64,000 nucleotides of DNA from a virus (lineage: Duplodnaviria > Caudoviricetes): positions 9,439-73,438 of the IMG/VR virus record IMGVR_UViG_3300006173_000003. One strand, 5' to 3'. The first letter of the stretch is position 1; every line of letters begins with the position of its first letter. Under the pieces are notes generated by a model. That model searched no databases. It saw only the letters and a program-made list of their open reading frames with translations, and was not told where the DNA came from. Positions 8,565-16,574 of the stretch are shown here, piece by piece. The position numbers and the translations under genes are program-made.

Positions 8565-9403
8565 TACGAGTACCAGACGAATTTAGGCCAGTAGAGAAGC
8601 ATCGGTATCCCGCCGACAACCTTTGTCCATTTGAAGAGTGGTATGCTCAAAATCATCCTCCAGATGTTAATGGAAGAGAGTATTTGGGGGTAATGTGGAC
8701 GGGATATTATAAGAACCATAGCTACGGCAACGATAAGGCGGCTATCGAAAGGCTTCAAGGATGGCTCGATTCCCTGTCGACGGATAAAAAGTACTACGCA
8801 GTGTGCCAATACGACAATGGCCCGCTGAATGACCTGTCTCATTTGGATGTGAAATTGTTTTGCATGTCTGGGGGGCCGGAAGGATTTATTCCCATACCGC
8901 TTGTTTGCTCTCCCCATCCCTATAAATTCCCAGAAGTTGAAAAGGATATCCTGTGTTCTTTTATTGGTAGGTTGACGGACCCGATCAGAAACGAAATAGT
9001 AATGTGGGGGAATGGAAGAAAGGATTGTTACGTAACCGCCGCCCCCCATCCACTAGAAGCCTATTGTAAAATTCTAGCAAGGTCTAAGTTTGTCTTAGCT
9101 CCGCGTGGGTTCGGTCCGTCCTCTTTTCGCGTTTGCGAGGCGTTGCAGTATGGAGCAATGCCCTTCTTGTTCGGGAATCATGGAGATGTTATATTCGAGA
9201 CAAAGGTTCTTCTGTTTTTTCAAACCTATTCGGATTGGTATGATCCGGATCATCACCATGATCTTGAAAAATATCTGACAGAGAAGCAGAAAGAAATTGA
9301 CCGAAGCCATATAGGAGCAACATATAGCATGTTTTACACATTTGGGGGCGTCAGATCTTACATCATTCACCAATTGACGTATGGAGATACATTGCATTCA
9401 TGA
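8561..9403 (+). CDS. Exostosin-like glycosyltransferase (GT47)
   Basis: SKFVLAPRGFGPSSFRVCEALQYGAMP motif. Confidence 0.8.
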   Translation: MIRVPDEFRPVEKHRYPADNLCPFEEWYAQNHPPDVNGREYLGVMWTGYYKNHSYGNDKAAIERLQGWLDSLSTDKKYYAVCQYDNGPLNDLSHLDVKLFCMSGGPEGFIPIPLVCSPHPYKFPEVEKDILCSFIGRLTDPIRNEIVMWGNGRKDCYVTAAPHPLEAYCKILARSKFVLAPRGFGPSSFRVCEALQYGAMPFLFGNHGDVIFETKVLLFFQTYSDWYDPDHHHDLEKYLTEKQKEIDRSHIGATYSMFYTFGGVRSYIIHQLTYGDTLHS

Positions 9404-9974
9404 TAAAAAAAGAGCGGATCGGTTCGATCTACTGCAAAAAGAGATAACTACCCAAGGATTAACCGTCCGGTACTGGCCTGCTATAAAAGATCCCCTTAAT
9501 AGATCGTTTGTAGGGATATCCCAAGCCCATAAGCAGATAGTAAGGTGGGCGGCAACAGAAGGACTCCCGGAGGTCTGTATCATGGAGGATGACTGTTATT
9601 TCTTCGCACCAGGAGCATGGGATTACTACCTGAGCCAGAAGCCAGAAGACTTTGATCTTTATCTGGGAGGGGTATTCCACGGGCTAAATGAGGACAATAC
9701 AGCAACCGACTACTGTGGGAACACTCTATACATTGTTCATTCCCGATTCTACGCCACGTTTTTGGATACCAATGAGCTAAACCATCTTGATCGGGCGCTT
9801 GCCGGAAAGGGGCGTTATGTAGTCTGTGACCCGATGGTTGTAAGCCAGCATGGAGGCTTTTCGGACAATAAATTGCGCCACGATAGCTATGAAAGGTACT
9901 TGGTAGGCAAAAGATTGTTCGGCGGAGTGAAGTATGACCGCATAAACGTCGATAAATCAATAAAAAATCCGTAA
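9381..9974 (+). CDS. Second GT25-like glycosyltransferase
   Basis: RADR, GISQAHKQIV, CIMEDD, FDLYLGG motifs. Confidence 0.7.
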   Translation: MEIHCIHDKKRADRFDLLQKEITTQGLTVRYWPAIKDPLNRSFVGISQAHKQIVRWAATEGLPEVCIMEDDCYFFAPGAWDYYLSQKPEDFDLYLGGVFHGLNEDNTATDYCGNTLYIVHSRFYATFLDTNELNHLDRALAGKGRYVVCDPMVVSQHGGFSDNKLRHDSYERYLVGKRLFGGVKYDRINVDKSIKNP

Positions 9975-9988
9975 ATTAATCGGATAAC

Positions 9989-10792
9989 ATGCCCAATACT
10001 TTAATTGATCCAATTTTAAATGATGTGGTTTATAGCCTCCTTTACGGTGCATCATATGAAGAAAAAAGAGGTTTAAAGGGGAAATATCTTCGGGCAGCGA
10101 TGAGCGGAGAGAAAGCTAAACGCTTTTGCGCTAACAGTACCAGAGAAGAAAAGGAGTATCTTTTAGCTCACTTTGGGATCAGGTTTTTCTATGTGTTTTC
10201 CAAAAATGGAGTTGGATTTGCAAAAATAAAGGGACTCTTAGCCCAATTTGATAATGGTAAAAGGGTTGCTGCACTAAAGGATATTGCCGAACAGGGTATT
10301 TTCGTAACATCAGATAAAGAGGTTGTTCGGGGGCTGGGGATTATGGCGCAGTCTATTCATCATCATTCCTATTTCCTAAACCTAGAATTCGTCCGGCAGG
10401 GATACCACATACAGAAATGGAAGAAGCATAGTACTAATAATCAGGACATTGCTGCTAGGGAAGCGGACGAAAGTGCTAAATTAGTGGCCAGTACGTTATT
10501 AAGCGGCTGTATTACTATGGATTACGTCGAGGGACTGTCTGGTATCTCGCCTACGGCAATGAAGATATTGCTGCATCTTTATTCGTTAAGCCATACTTAT
10601 GTCCCCGATCAGGTATTGTATGACAGATTTGCCGGAGCCTTCAATAAAACAAAGTATCGGTACGCTATAAAAGCCTTATTGAAGGAAGACCTGATTATCC
10701 AACATGGCCCGAAGCTTAAGAGAGAGATTACTATCACTTCCGCAGGCGTGAAACACGTCAATAATTTCATGGATTCTGCTATGAAAATTTGA
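9989..10792 (+). CDS. Putative regulator with C-terminal winged HTH (MarR-like)
   Basis: ISPTAMKILLHLY...YAIKALLKEDLI...ITITSAG wHTH pattern. Confidence 0.5.
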   Translation: MPNTLIDPILNDVVYSLLYGASYEEKRGLKGKYLRAAMSGEKAKRFCANSTREEKEYLLAHFGIRFFYVFSKNGVGFAKIKGLLAQFDNGKRVAALKDIAEQGIFVTSDKEVVRGLGIMAQSIHHHSYFLNLEFVRQGYHIQKWKKHSTNNQDIAAREADESAKLVASTLLSGCITMDYVEGLSGISPTAMKILLHLYSLSHTYVPDQVLYDRFAGAFNKTKYRYAIKALLKEDLIIQHGPKLKREITITSAGVKHVNNFMDSAMKI

Positions 10793-10835
10793 TATTTGTG
10801 ATTCATGGAACGTATCGTGGAACAAAATGTAAGTT

Positions 10836-11012
10836 ATGCCAGCAAGATTCTTCAAAAAACCTCCAAAAACAACCTGCTCTAAATGCGGGAATCCGATTGA
10901 TCGAAATGGCAGATATTGTAAATCCTGTCATAAAGAGTATATGCGAGCCCAAAGAAGGAAACAGCGGGCAGAACTGGAAGAATTGAGAAATTTTAAAATG
11001 ACACATGTATGA
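10836..11012 (+). CDS. Small zinc-finger protein (58 aa, absent from ORF track)
   Basis: MPARFFKKPPKTTCSKCGNPIDRNGRYCKSCHKEYMR...; ATGA overlap with next gene; preferred over track ORF 10789-10986. Confidence 0.7.
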   Translation: MPARFFKKPPKTTCSKCGNPIDRNGRYCKSCHKEYMRAQRRKQRAELEELRNFKMTHV

Positions 11013-11626
11013 GTCTGTTGGAATTTATCATAACGTTTATTGGATTGTGCCTTATATCTTCATTTGCTATTTACGGATTCTACACTGTCAGTCGCGGAGA
11101 ATGGCAACTGACGCCAGACGGAAAATATAAGAAAACAGGGATGATTTTCAAATATTGGAGCTTATTTTGGGAACAATATAGAAGGAGTCGAACTATAATT
11201 TATAGTGGCGATTCGTTGGAAAAAAAATATATTCTTTTGTGTAAGACGTATCCAGGAATCTCTGAAAATTTGAGACTAACTACGGGAGGGCTTCGCAATG
11301 TTAACAAACTGATTACTGGAGCACAGGTTAAATTAATTGAAGATTTATTACTTTGTAAAAGTCAATGGGACGAGGATGTTCTGATTTTAACCACTGAGGT
11401 TCCGGTTTATGACTGGCCTGAATGGCTTCAAAAACCTATATCGTCCTGCCCCCCCTGTATGACATCGGTTTACGGAACACCTATCTGGCTTCTGTTTCTG
11501 AAACTCCAAAAAGACGCCTTTTCTTGGACAAACTACCCAATTACCGGGGAAATATCGTTTGGATTGATTTTTTTATTAACTTTAGTGTGCATTGTGTCTT
11601 TTTTGCATAAACAGTTAAAATTCTGA
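11009..11626 (+). CDS. Membrane protein with CxxC (DUF1360-like)
   Basis: N-terminal TM helix; CPPCMTSVYG followed by two hydrophobic helices. Confidence 0.55.
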   Translation: MSLLEFIITFIGLCLISSFAIYGFYTVSRGEWQLTPDGKYKKTGMIFKYWSLFWEQYRRSRTIIYSGDSLEKKYILLCKTYPGISENLRLTTGGLRNVNKLITGAQVKLIEDLLLCKSQWDEDVLILTTEVPVYDWPEWLQKPISSCPPCMTSVYGTPIWLLFLKLQKDAFSWTNYPITGEISFGLIFLLTLVCIVSFLHKQLKF

Positions 11627-11631
11627 ATGGT

Positions 11632-11811
11632 ATGTCAACACCTTGTATCCCTTGCGGACAAAGCGCCGCCAACATGCAGGCCCCGCCACGTCAACAGCCG
11701 CAACCACCACAGCAGGCCCCGGCCCAAAGCGTAATCGCACCCAACAACGTCACTACAGTAGCCAATCCAAGGATGGCAAGGCCCCGTCACTTTTACAATG
11801 GAACGAAGTAA
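11632..11811 (+). CDS. Small Pro/Gln-rich protein with N-terminal CxxC (59 aa, absent from ORF track)
   Basis: MSTPCIPCGQ...QQPQPPQQAP...YNGTK; stop abuts next start. Confidence 0.6.
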   Translation: MSTPCIPCGQSAANMQAPPRQQPQPPQQAPAQSVIAPNNVTTVANPRMARPRHFYNGTK

Positions 11812-12486
11812 TTGGGCCAGCCAATCGACATAGTAGCTCAAAGGGCAATGGACTTGCACCTGGGAAATTTCAGATCGAACAGTGATTTTTTTGATCTGAG
11901 TGATTATGCCTACTATGTAGGCGCGGAAGTAGCCGATCTTTTCCGTCAGGAGTACATGCAAAAATACGGAGAGCTTCGGCAGGAAAAGAGCGATTCAATG
12001 GTAGAGTTCGATCCGACATGGTTAAACGAAAAAGAGTTGGATGTGGAGATAAAAGACGGTCGATACTTTGCCAAACTGGATTTCGGTTTCATGAATTTTC
12101 CATATGATGCGCAGTCTACCGGCATACAGTCAGTAATTTCCATTACACCGAACTACGGGAAGGAATTGCAGCGCGTGACGCTCAATCAGGTTTGGCAACT
12201 ACAATACATCCCAGCGACCAATGAAATATTTTTTCAGCCAGAGAAAACAAGGCTGAATATTTTCAAGTACGGAACGGCCAACACCAACAAGATAAAAGTT
12301 TTTTACATCCCGGCCATCAGTGAAGATATGGAAGTGCCAGATGGTCTTGTCGAGTTGGCAATAACGAACACCATCAGTAAGATGAAGGGACTGCTGCAAG
12401 GAAATGTGGTGAAGAAGTCCATAGACGGCAACATCAACCGGGTCATGGAAACTGAAATTGATAAAGATCAACTCAAACAACATTGA
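11812..12486 (+). CDS. Putative tail ring/adaptor protein
   Basis: TTG start; size, position and beta-rich core resemble crAss-like ring proteins (recollection, not searched). Confidence 0.45.
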   Translation: MGQPIDIVAQRAMDLHLGNFRSNSDFFDLSDYAYYVGAEVADLFRQEYMQKYGELRQEKSDSMVEFDPTWLNEKELDVEIKDGRYFAKLDFGFMNFPYDAQSTGIQSVISITPNYGKELQRVTLNQVWQLQYIPATNEIFFQPEKTRLNIFKYGTANTNKIKVFYIPAISEDMEVPDGLVELAITNTISKMKGLLQGNVVKKSIDGNINRVMETEIDKDQLKQH

Positions 12487-13622
12487 TCGATACTGAATCC
12501 ATAGCGAAGAATATAACTCTAGCCGATGGGCTGAATGAATATCTGGCCCTGCGTCAAATAGACAAGCGGAAGTACTATCCGATGTACTTAATCTCTGCTA
12601 AGCAGACATGGAAGGAAATGTTCGAGGGGACTATTTATGTGATGACCTCTGTGTGGAAGACAGTAAAGGCCGGAGATCCGTATCCATATGTTGACGTTCC
12701 CAGGGATGCGCAGCGGATTTTTTCAGTAGGTATAGAAGATCATTGTGGCGATATAAAGACGCTGTACTATAACAATAGGATGAATATCATCCCTAAACCT
12801 ACTGAAAAAAAATGCGGGTGTACTGATTGTGATTGTGGCGGGATGTGTGAAGAAGTCAATTCCACCATTCTAACTACGAAAGTCCTGTTCAATATTTCGG
12901 GGGTAGATTACGTGGAAAAAACGTACCTAAAATATTGTTCGAATGGGGATATGATCGAATATAAGGAAACGCCTGTCAAAAAGTACAACGACTTTAAAGG
13001 GGATGGGGGGGATTTTAATAATGACTACGGGTCGGACTACTCTGGAGGAAGCTCTGCTTTCCCTAACTTCACTATCGTTACTAACACGACGCAAAGAAAG
13101 ATTTGCAGCCTTCAAACGAAACCATGTGGATGCCCAGTTGACTCGTCGGAGAACGAACACATTCTTTTGGAATCCTGCGGATGCTTTCTTCCCTTCTTTG
13201 GTCGTCATAGAAAACAACATTGCGATAAGTTTCTTGCAGACACAAACACTTCGGAATACGGCTCAGTAAAAATAAGTGAATGTGGGAGTAAGATTTATTT
13301 CCAGCCGGGACACAAAAACCACCACCACCACCATAGAGACCATAAAAGGATTCCAGATTTCCTTTTGGTCATATATCAGACAGGCGGGGAGCCAAAGAAC
13401 ATTACGGAACAGGTGATGATTCCAGACGTGGCCGCATATAAGAATTGCTTATGGACCGGAATTGACTGGCAATCAAAACGGTTTAACAATAAATATCCGG
13501 CCAACGAAAAGCAGTTGGCCAAGTATCAATATAACGATGCGTCAAACGGTTTAGTAGGATACCTTAACCCGTTAAACATGGCAGACCTTGCAGATATGCA
13601 GGATTTGCCCCATAAATGGTGA
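12483..13622 (+). CDS. Putative tail ring protein with Cys- and His-rich insertions
   Basis: CGCTDCDCGGMC, CGCP, SCGC, HKNHHHHHRDH, DFNNDY motif. Confidence 0.45.
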   Translation: MIDTESIAKNITLADGLNEYLALRQIDKRKYYPMYLISAKQTWKEMFEGTIYVMTSVWKTVKAGDPYPYVDVPRDAQRIFSVGIEDHCGDIKTLYYNNRMNIIPKPTEKKCGCTDCDCGGMCEEVNSTILTTKVLFNISGVDYVEKTYLKYCSNGDMIEYKETPVKKYNDFKGDGGDFNNDYGSDYSGGSSAFPNFTIVTNTTQRKICSLQTKPCGCPVDSSENEHILLESCGCFLPFFGRHRKQHCDKFLADTNTSEYGSVKISECGSKIYFQPGHKNHHHHHRDHKRIPDFLLVIYQTGGEPKNITEQVMIPDVAAYKNCLWTGIDWQSKRFNNKYPANEKQLAKYQYNDASNGLVGYLNPLNMADLADMQDLPHKW

Positions 13623-14209
13623 TTATGGAAAACAAAACGTGGGATGAACAGATGATAGAGCAAGCAAGGGAAGATATATCCCTTTTTGGAAATCGTATGC
13701 TCAGCATCCCCGCCATTCCATCCAAAACAATGGATGAACAAATCGACGAATTGGAGGCTCTGGTTATTAAAGAAGGAAATCTCGTTGATTGTCCATTGAG
13801 GCACGTATTTACCCCCGGCCTGTACACTCGAACCATTCTCATGGAAGAGGGAGCACTGGTCACTAGCATGGTTCACAAAGAAGAGCATCAATACATCATC
13901 TCAAAAGGTACGGCCCTCGTGAAAATAGGTGATGGGGAGTGGCAGTCATTGTCAGCGCCATATGTGGGCGTAACACAAGCGGGGACACGTCGTGTTTTGT
14001 ATATCGAAAGCACCTGCATTTGGACTAGCATCCATCGTACTGACATACAGCCGATAAATGACTCGAAAGAAGCATTTGACTTGGCGGTTGATGCAGTGGA
14101 GGAAGAAATATATATCAAGAGAGAAAATCCCCTATTGGGCGGGTTTTTAAAAGGGAATAAAATAATTAAAACTATTGAAAAATGGCCGGATGGGCAAGCG
14201 CAGCAATAG
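13616..14209 (+). CDS. Cupin-fold protein preceding ejection genes
   Basis: HVFTPGLYTR...MVHKEEH..IISKG...APY.....GTRR...WTSIH pattern. Confidence 0.6.
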   Translation: MVIMENKTWDEQMIEQAREDISLFGNRMLSIPAIPSKTMDEQIDELEALVIKEGNLVDCPLRHVFTPGLYTRTILMEEGALVTSMVHKEEHQYIISKGTALVKIGDGEWQSLSAPYVGVTQAGTRRVLYIESTCIWTSIHRTDIQPINDSKEAFDLAVDAVEEEIYIKRENPLLGGFLKGNKIIKTIEKWPDGQAQQ

Positions 14210-14898
14210 GGCTGGGAACATTTGCTTACGGGCTTTACAACAAAGGTAAGGCTAATAAAAAAGCAGCCGAGCTTCAGGCAAGTCGCCCAAAGCTACAGGA
14301 TTCCCAGTATCTAAAAGATCAGTTATCATTAGCTGAAAGCAACCTAAGCACGGGGATGTCCGCAGAGTCCAAAAATGCCTATGAAACAGATTTGGATAAA
14401 AGTCTTTCTACGTCGCTTTCGACAGTTTTGAAGGGTGGGGGTAGCGTCAATAATATAAGCGAACTTCTTTCTTCGGACCAGCAGGGGCGTCAACGGTTGG
14501 CAATGATGAAAGATAATCTTCGGTTGGCAAACATAGATCGATTGACAAGAGCACAAGACGCAGAAGAACAATTCAGGCAAGAACAATTCCAGGTGAACAG
14601 CGATGCTCCTTGGAAGGATGCCGCGCAAGCTAATGCGCAGGCTAAGCAAAGCGCAGAAAATACGATGTGGAGCGGAATTGGCATGGCCGGTTCTGGGGTG
14701 TTAAAAGGATTAGAGGGGGCCAGGTCGGCAGCCTCTTATGCCAGCGCACTGAATCCCGGTGCAAGCAATCCAAATAACGTTTCCACTGCCTCGACTGCCG
14801 GAGGGTATTCTAATCCTGCCGGTCAGTATTCGACACTTAATCCTAACACAAGCGGTCCGTCACTGGTTGACACCCTCTTGGAAAATCCAAACGGGTAA
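14182..14898 (+). CDS. Putative ejection (DNA pilot) protein
   Basis: Gly/Ala-rich hydrophobic N-terminus, Gln/Ala-rich helical core, second Gly-rich hydrophobic segment. Confidence 0.55.
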   Translation: MAGWASAAIGLGTFAYGLYNKGKANKKAAELQASRPKLQDSQYLKDQLSLAESNLSTGMSAESKNAYETDLDKSLSTSLSTVLKGGGSVNNISELLSSDQQGRQRLAMMKDNLRLANIDRLTRAQDAEEQFRQEQFQVNSDAPWKDAAQANAQAKQSAENTMWSGIGMAGSGVLKGLEGARSAASYASALNPGASNPNNVSTASTAGGYSNPAGQYSTLNPNTSGPSLVDTLLENPNG

Positions 14899-16574
14899 TG
14901 GCAGGAAGCTCCATAGTAAACTATACTGGGAATGCCGGTCTTGGTGTTGGTTCAAATCCAAGCATACCAGCATCAACCCCTAACGATAATCTAAAGATAA
15001 TCGCAGACACCTCTCGCGATATCATGCTACTTGACTCTGAGCGAAACATGAAATTGTTCCAACAGAAGATTCAAGAAAGGAATCAGCTAACAAATCTCAT
15101 TCTTCAAAACCAAGTATCAACAAAAGATATCAGTGACGAGTATCTTCCAAAATTTCTTGATGTAAAAAAAGATGTAGAGAAAGCCTACAATGAATGGGGC
15201 GGAAATCCTAATGATATCAAAGGGTTCAAAAAATATCAAGATACAGTCACTCACCTACAAGACTATGCGGCTCACGCTCAGACCAACACGGCCCAAATAC
15301 AAAAACTCAAACAGGAACGCGCTGCCGAAACACTTCCGTGGAAACAAAAGGCTCTTGATAAGTGGATCGATGAACAGCAGAGTAAAACAAAGAAAGATCC
15401 TTGGGCCTTAGTTGATCCGTATCAGAATCTTTTTAGTTTTAGTATTGATCCTATTTTAAAGTTGTACAAAACAGGGACGGGGACTTCTTATTCTCCCGAT
15501 GGTCTTTTTAAATACGAAGACACCTATGGTGATTTTGTTGCTACATTGAAAAGCGCACAGAATGAATATTTAAACCACGGGGAGCCCTCAGAAGATATGC
15601 GCCAGTTTTTGGGTCAAGTAGACGCATATGACCCACTTCAAAAAAGACAATTCATCCAGTCCATAAATGGTCAGCTAGAGAAGTACAACCAGGAGAGAAG
15701 GCTTCAGCCGGGACAAGCCGAATATGCTGATCCTATTGATCTTGTTACCGGACCGGATGGGCAATATCACATAAAGGCTGACCCGGCGACATTCGCTGCC
15801 AAATACGCGCTTGCTAATCAAGAGAAATACACCACTAGGACGCCTGTATTCAACAAAGATTTGGCTGCATATGGATTGAATAAAGAAAAGTTGGCTCTGC
15901 AAGGAAAGAAACTTGGAATAGAGGCATCTAAGGCGGGGGCGTATGTTCGCAACCTGAATGCTAAGACTGAAAAATTCCTTCGTGAAAACAAGGATCAATC
16001 TACGCAGATTGAGCACCAATATCAAGATTTCATTGACAATATCAAGCCGCGTGGTATTGCCGAAACAGACAAGAAGACCAAGCAGCAGACGGGTACACTT
16101 GACGCTATATTCGTGGATAATTTACCCGCAAGTTATCAATACATCAGCGGCCCTATAGTGGCTATGAGAAATACAATGGACAAATCCGGAAAAATAACAA
16201 GCAGTACTCCGACCGGAAAGGTCACAGTCGGTAAGTTGGAACCATTTAAGGCAAAAGACGGAAGACAGTATTATATCCCCCGATATGTCAACCCGCAGAC
16301 AGGAGACAGGGTTTCTTTGGATTCCGATATGCTTAAATCAAATTACAAAGAAAGCCGAAAGGCTGGATTTTCTGGATCATATGATGATTATGTTCGTACC
16401 TTGTTAAAAAAAGGAGGGCTGGAAATGGTGCTACAAGGGGCTAACGGTACAGCAAATTATACATCCATGTATCAATCTGCCAAGGCCCTCAACAACGAAG
16501 GCTCTAAGAAAGGACAGGAAAATATTGAAAACCCTCCGCAAGACGCAGATTCGGACGTAAATATAGAACAGTAA
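14898..16574 (+). CDS. Putative internal virion/ejection protein
   Basis: 558-aa helical ORF between pilot-like and giant protein, translationally coupled. Confidence 0.5.
   Translation: MAGSSIVNYTGNAGLGVGSNPSIPASTPNDNLKIIADTSRDIMLLDSERNMKLFQQKIQERNQLTNLILQNQVSTKDISDEYLPKFLDVKKDVEKAYNEWGGNPNDIKGFKKYQDTVTHLQDYAAHAQTNTAQIQKLKQERAAETLPWKQKALDKWIDEQQSKTKKDPWALVDPYQNLFSFSIDPILKLYKTGTGTSYSPDGLFKYEDTYGDFVATLKSAQNEYLNHGEPSEDMRQFLGQVDAYDPLQKRQFIQSINGQLEKYNQERRLQPGQAEYADPIDLVTGPDGQYHIKADPATFAAKYALANQEKYTTRTPVFNKDLAAYGLNKEKLALQGKKLGIEASKAGAYVRNLNAKTEKFLRENKDQSTQIEHQYQDFIDNIKPRGIAETDKKTKQQTGTLDAIFVDNLPASYQYISGPIVAMRNTMDKSGKITSSTPTGKVTVGKLEPFKAKDGRQYYIPRYVNPQTGDRVSLDSDMLKSNYKESRKAGFSGSYDDYVRTLLKKGGLEMVLQGANGTANYTSMYQSAKALNNEGSKKGQENIENPPQDADSDVNIEQ

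Noticed and set aside
10806-10824. CGTGGAACA as a parS site
   Set aside because: Only a half-site; the upstream half does not form the TGTTNCACGTGAAACA palindrome
10789-10986. Track ORF 10789-10986
   Set aside because: The overlapping frame 10836-11012 encodes a clear zinc finger and couples to the next gene
11635-11961. Track ORFs 11635-11961 (minus) and 11643-11885 (plus)
   Set aside because: Shadows of the better-fitting 11632-11811 and 11812-12486
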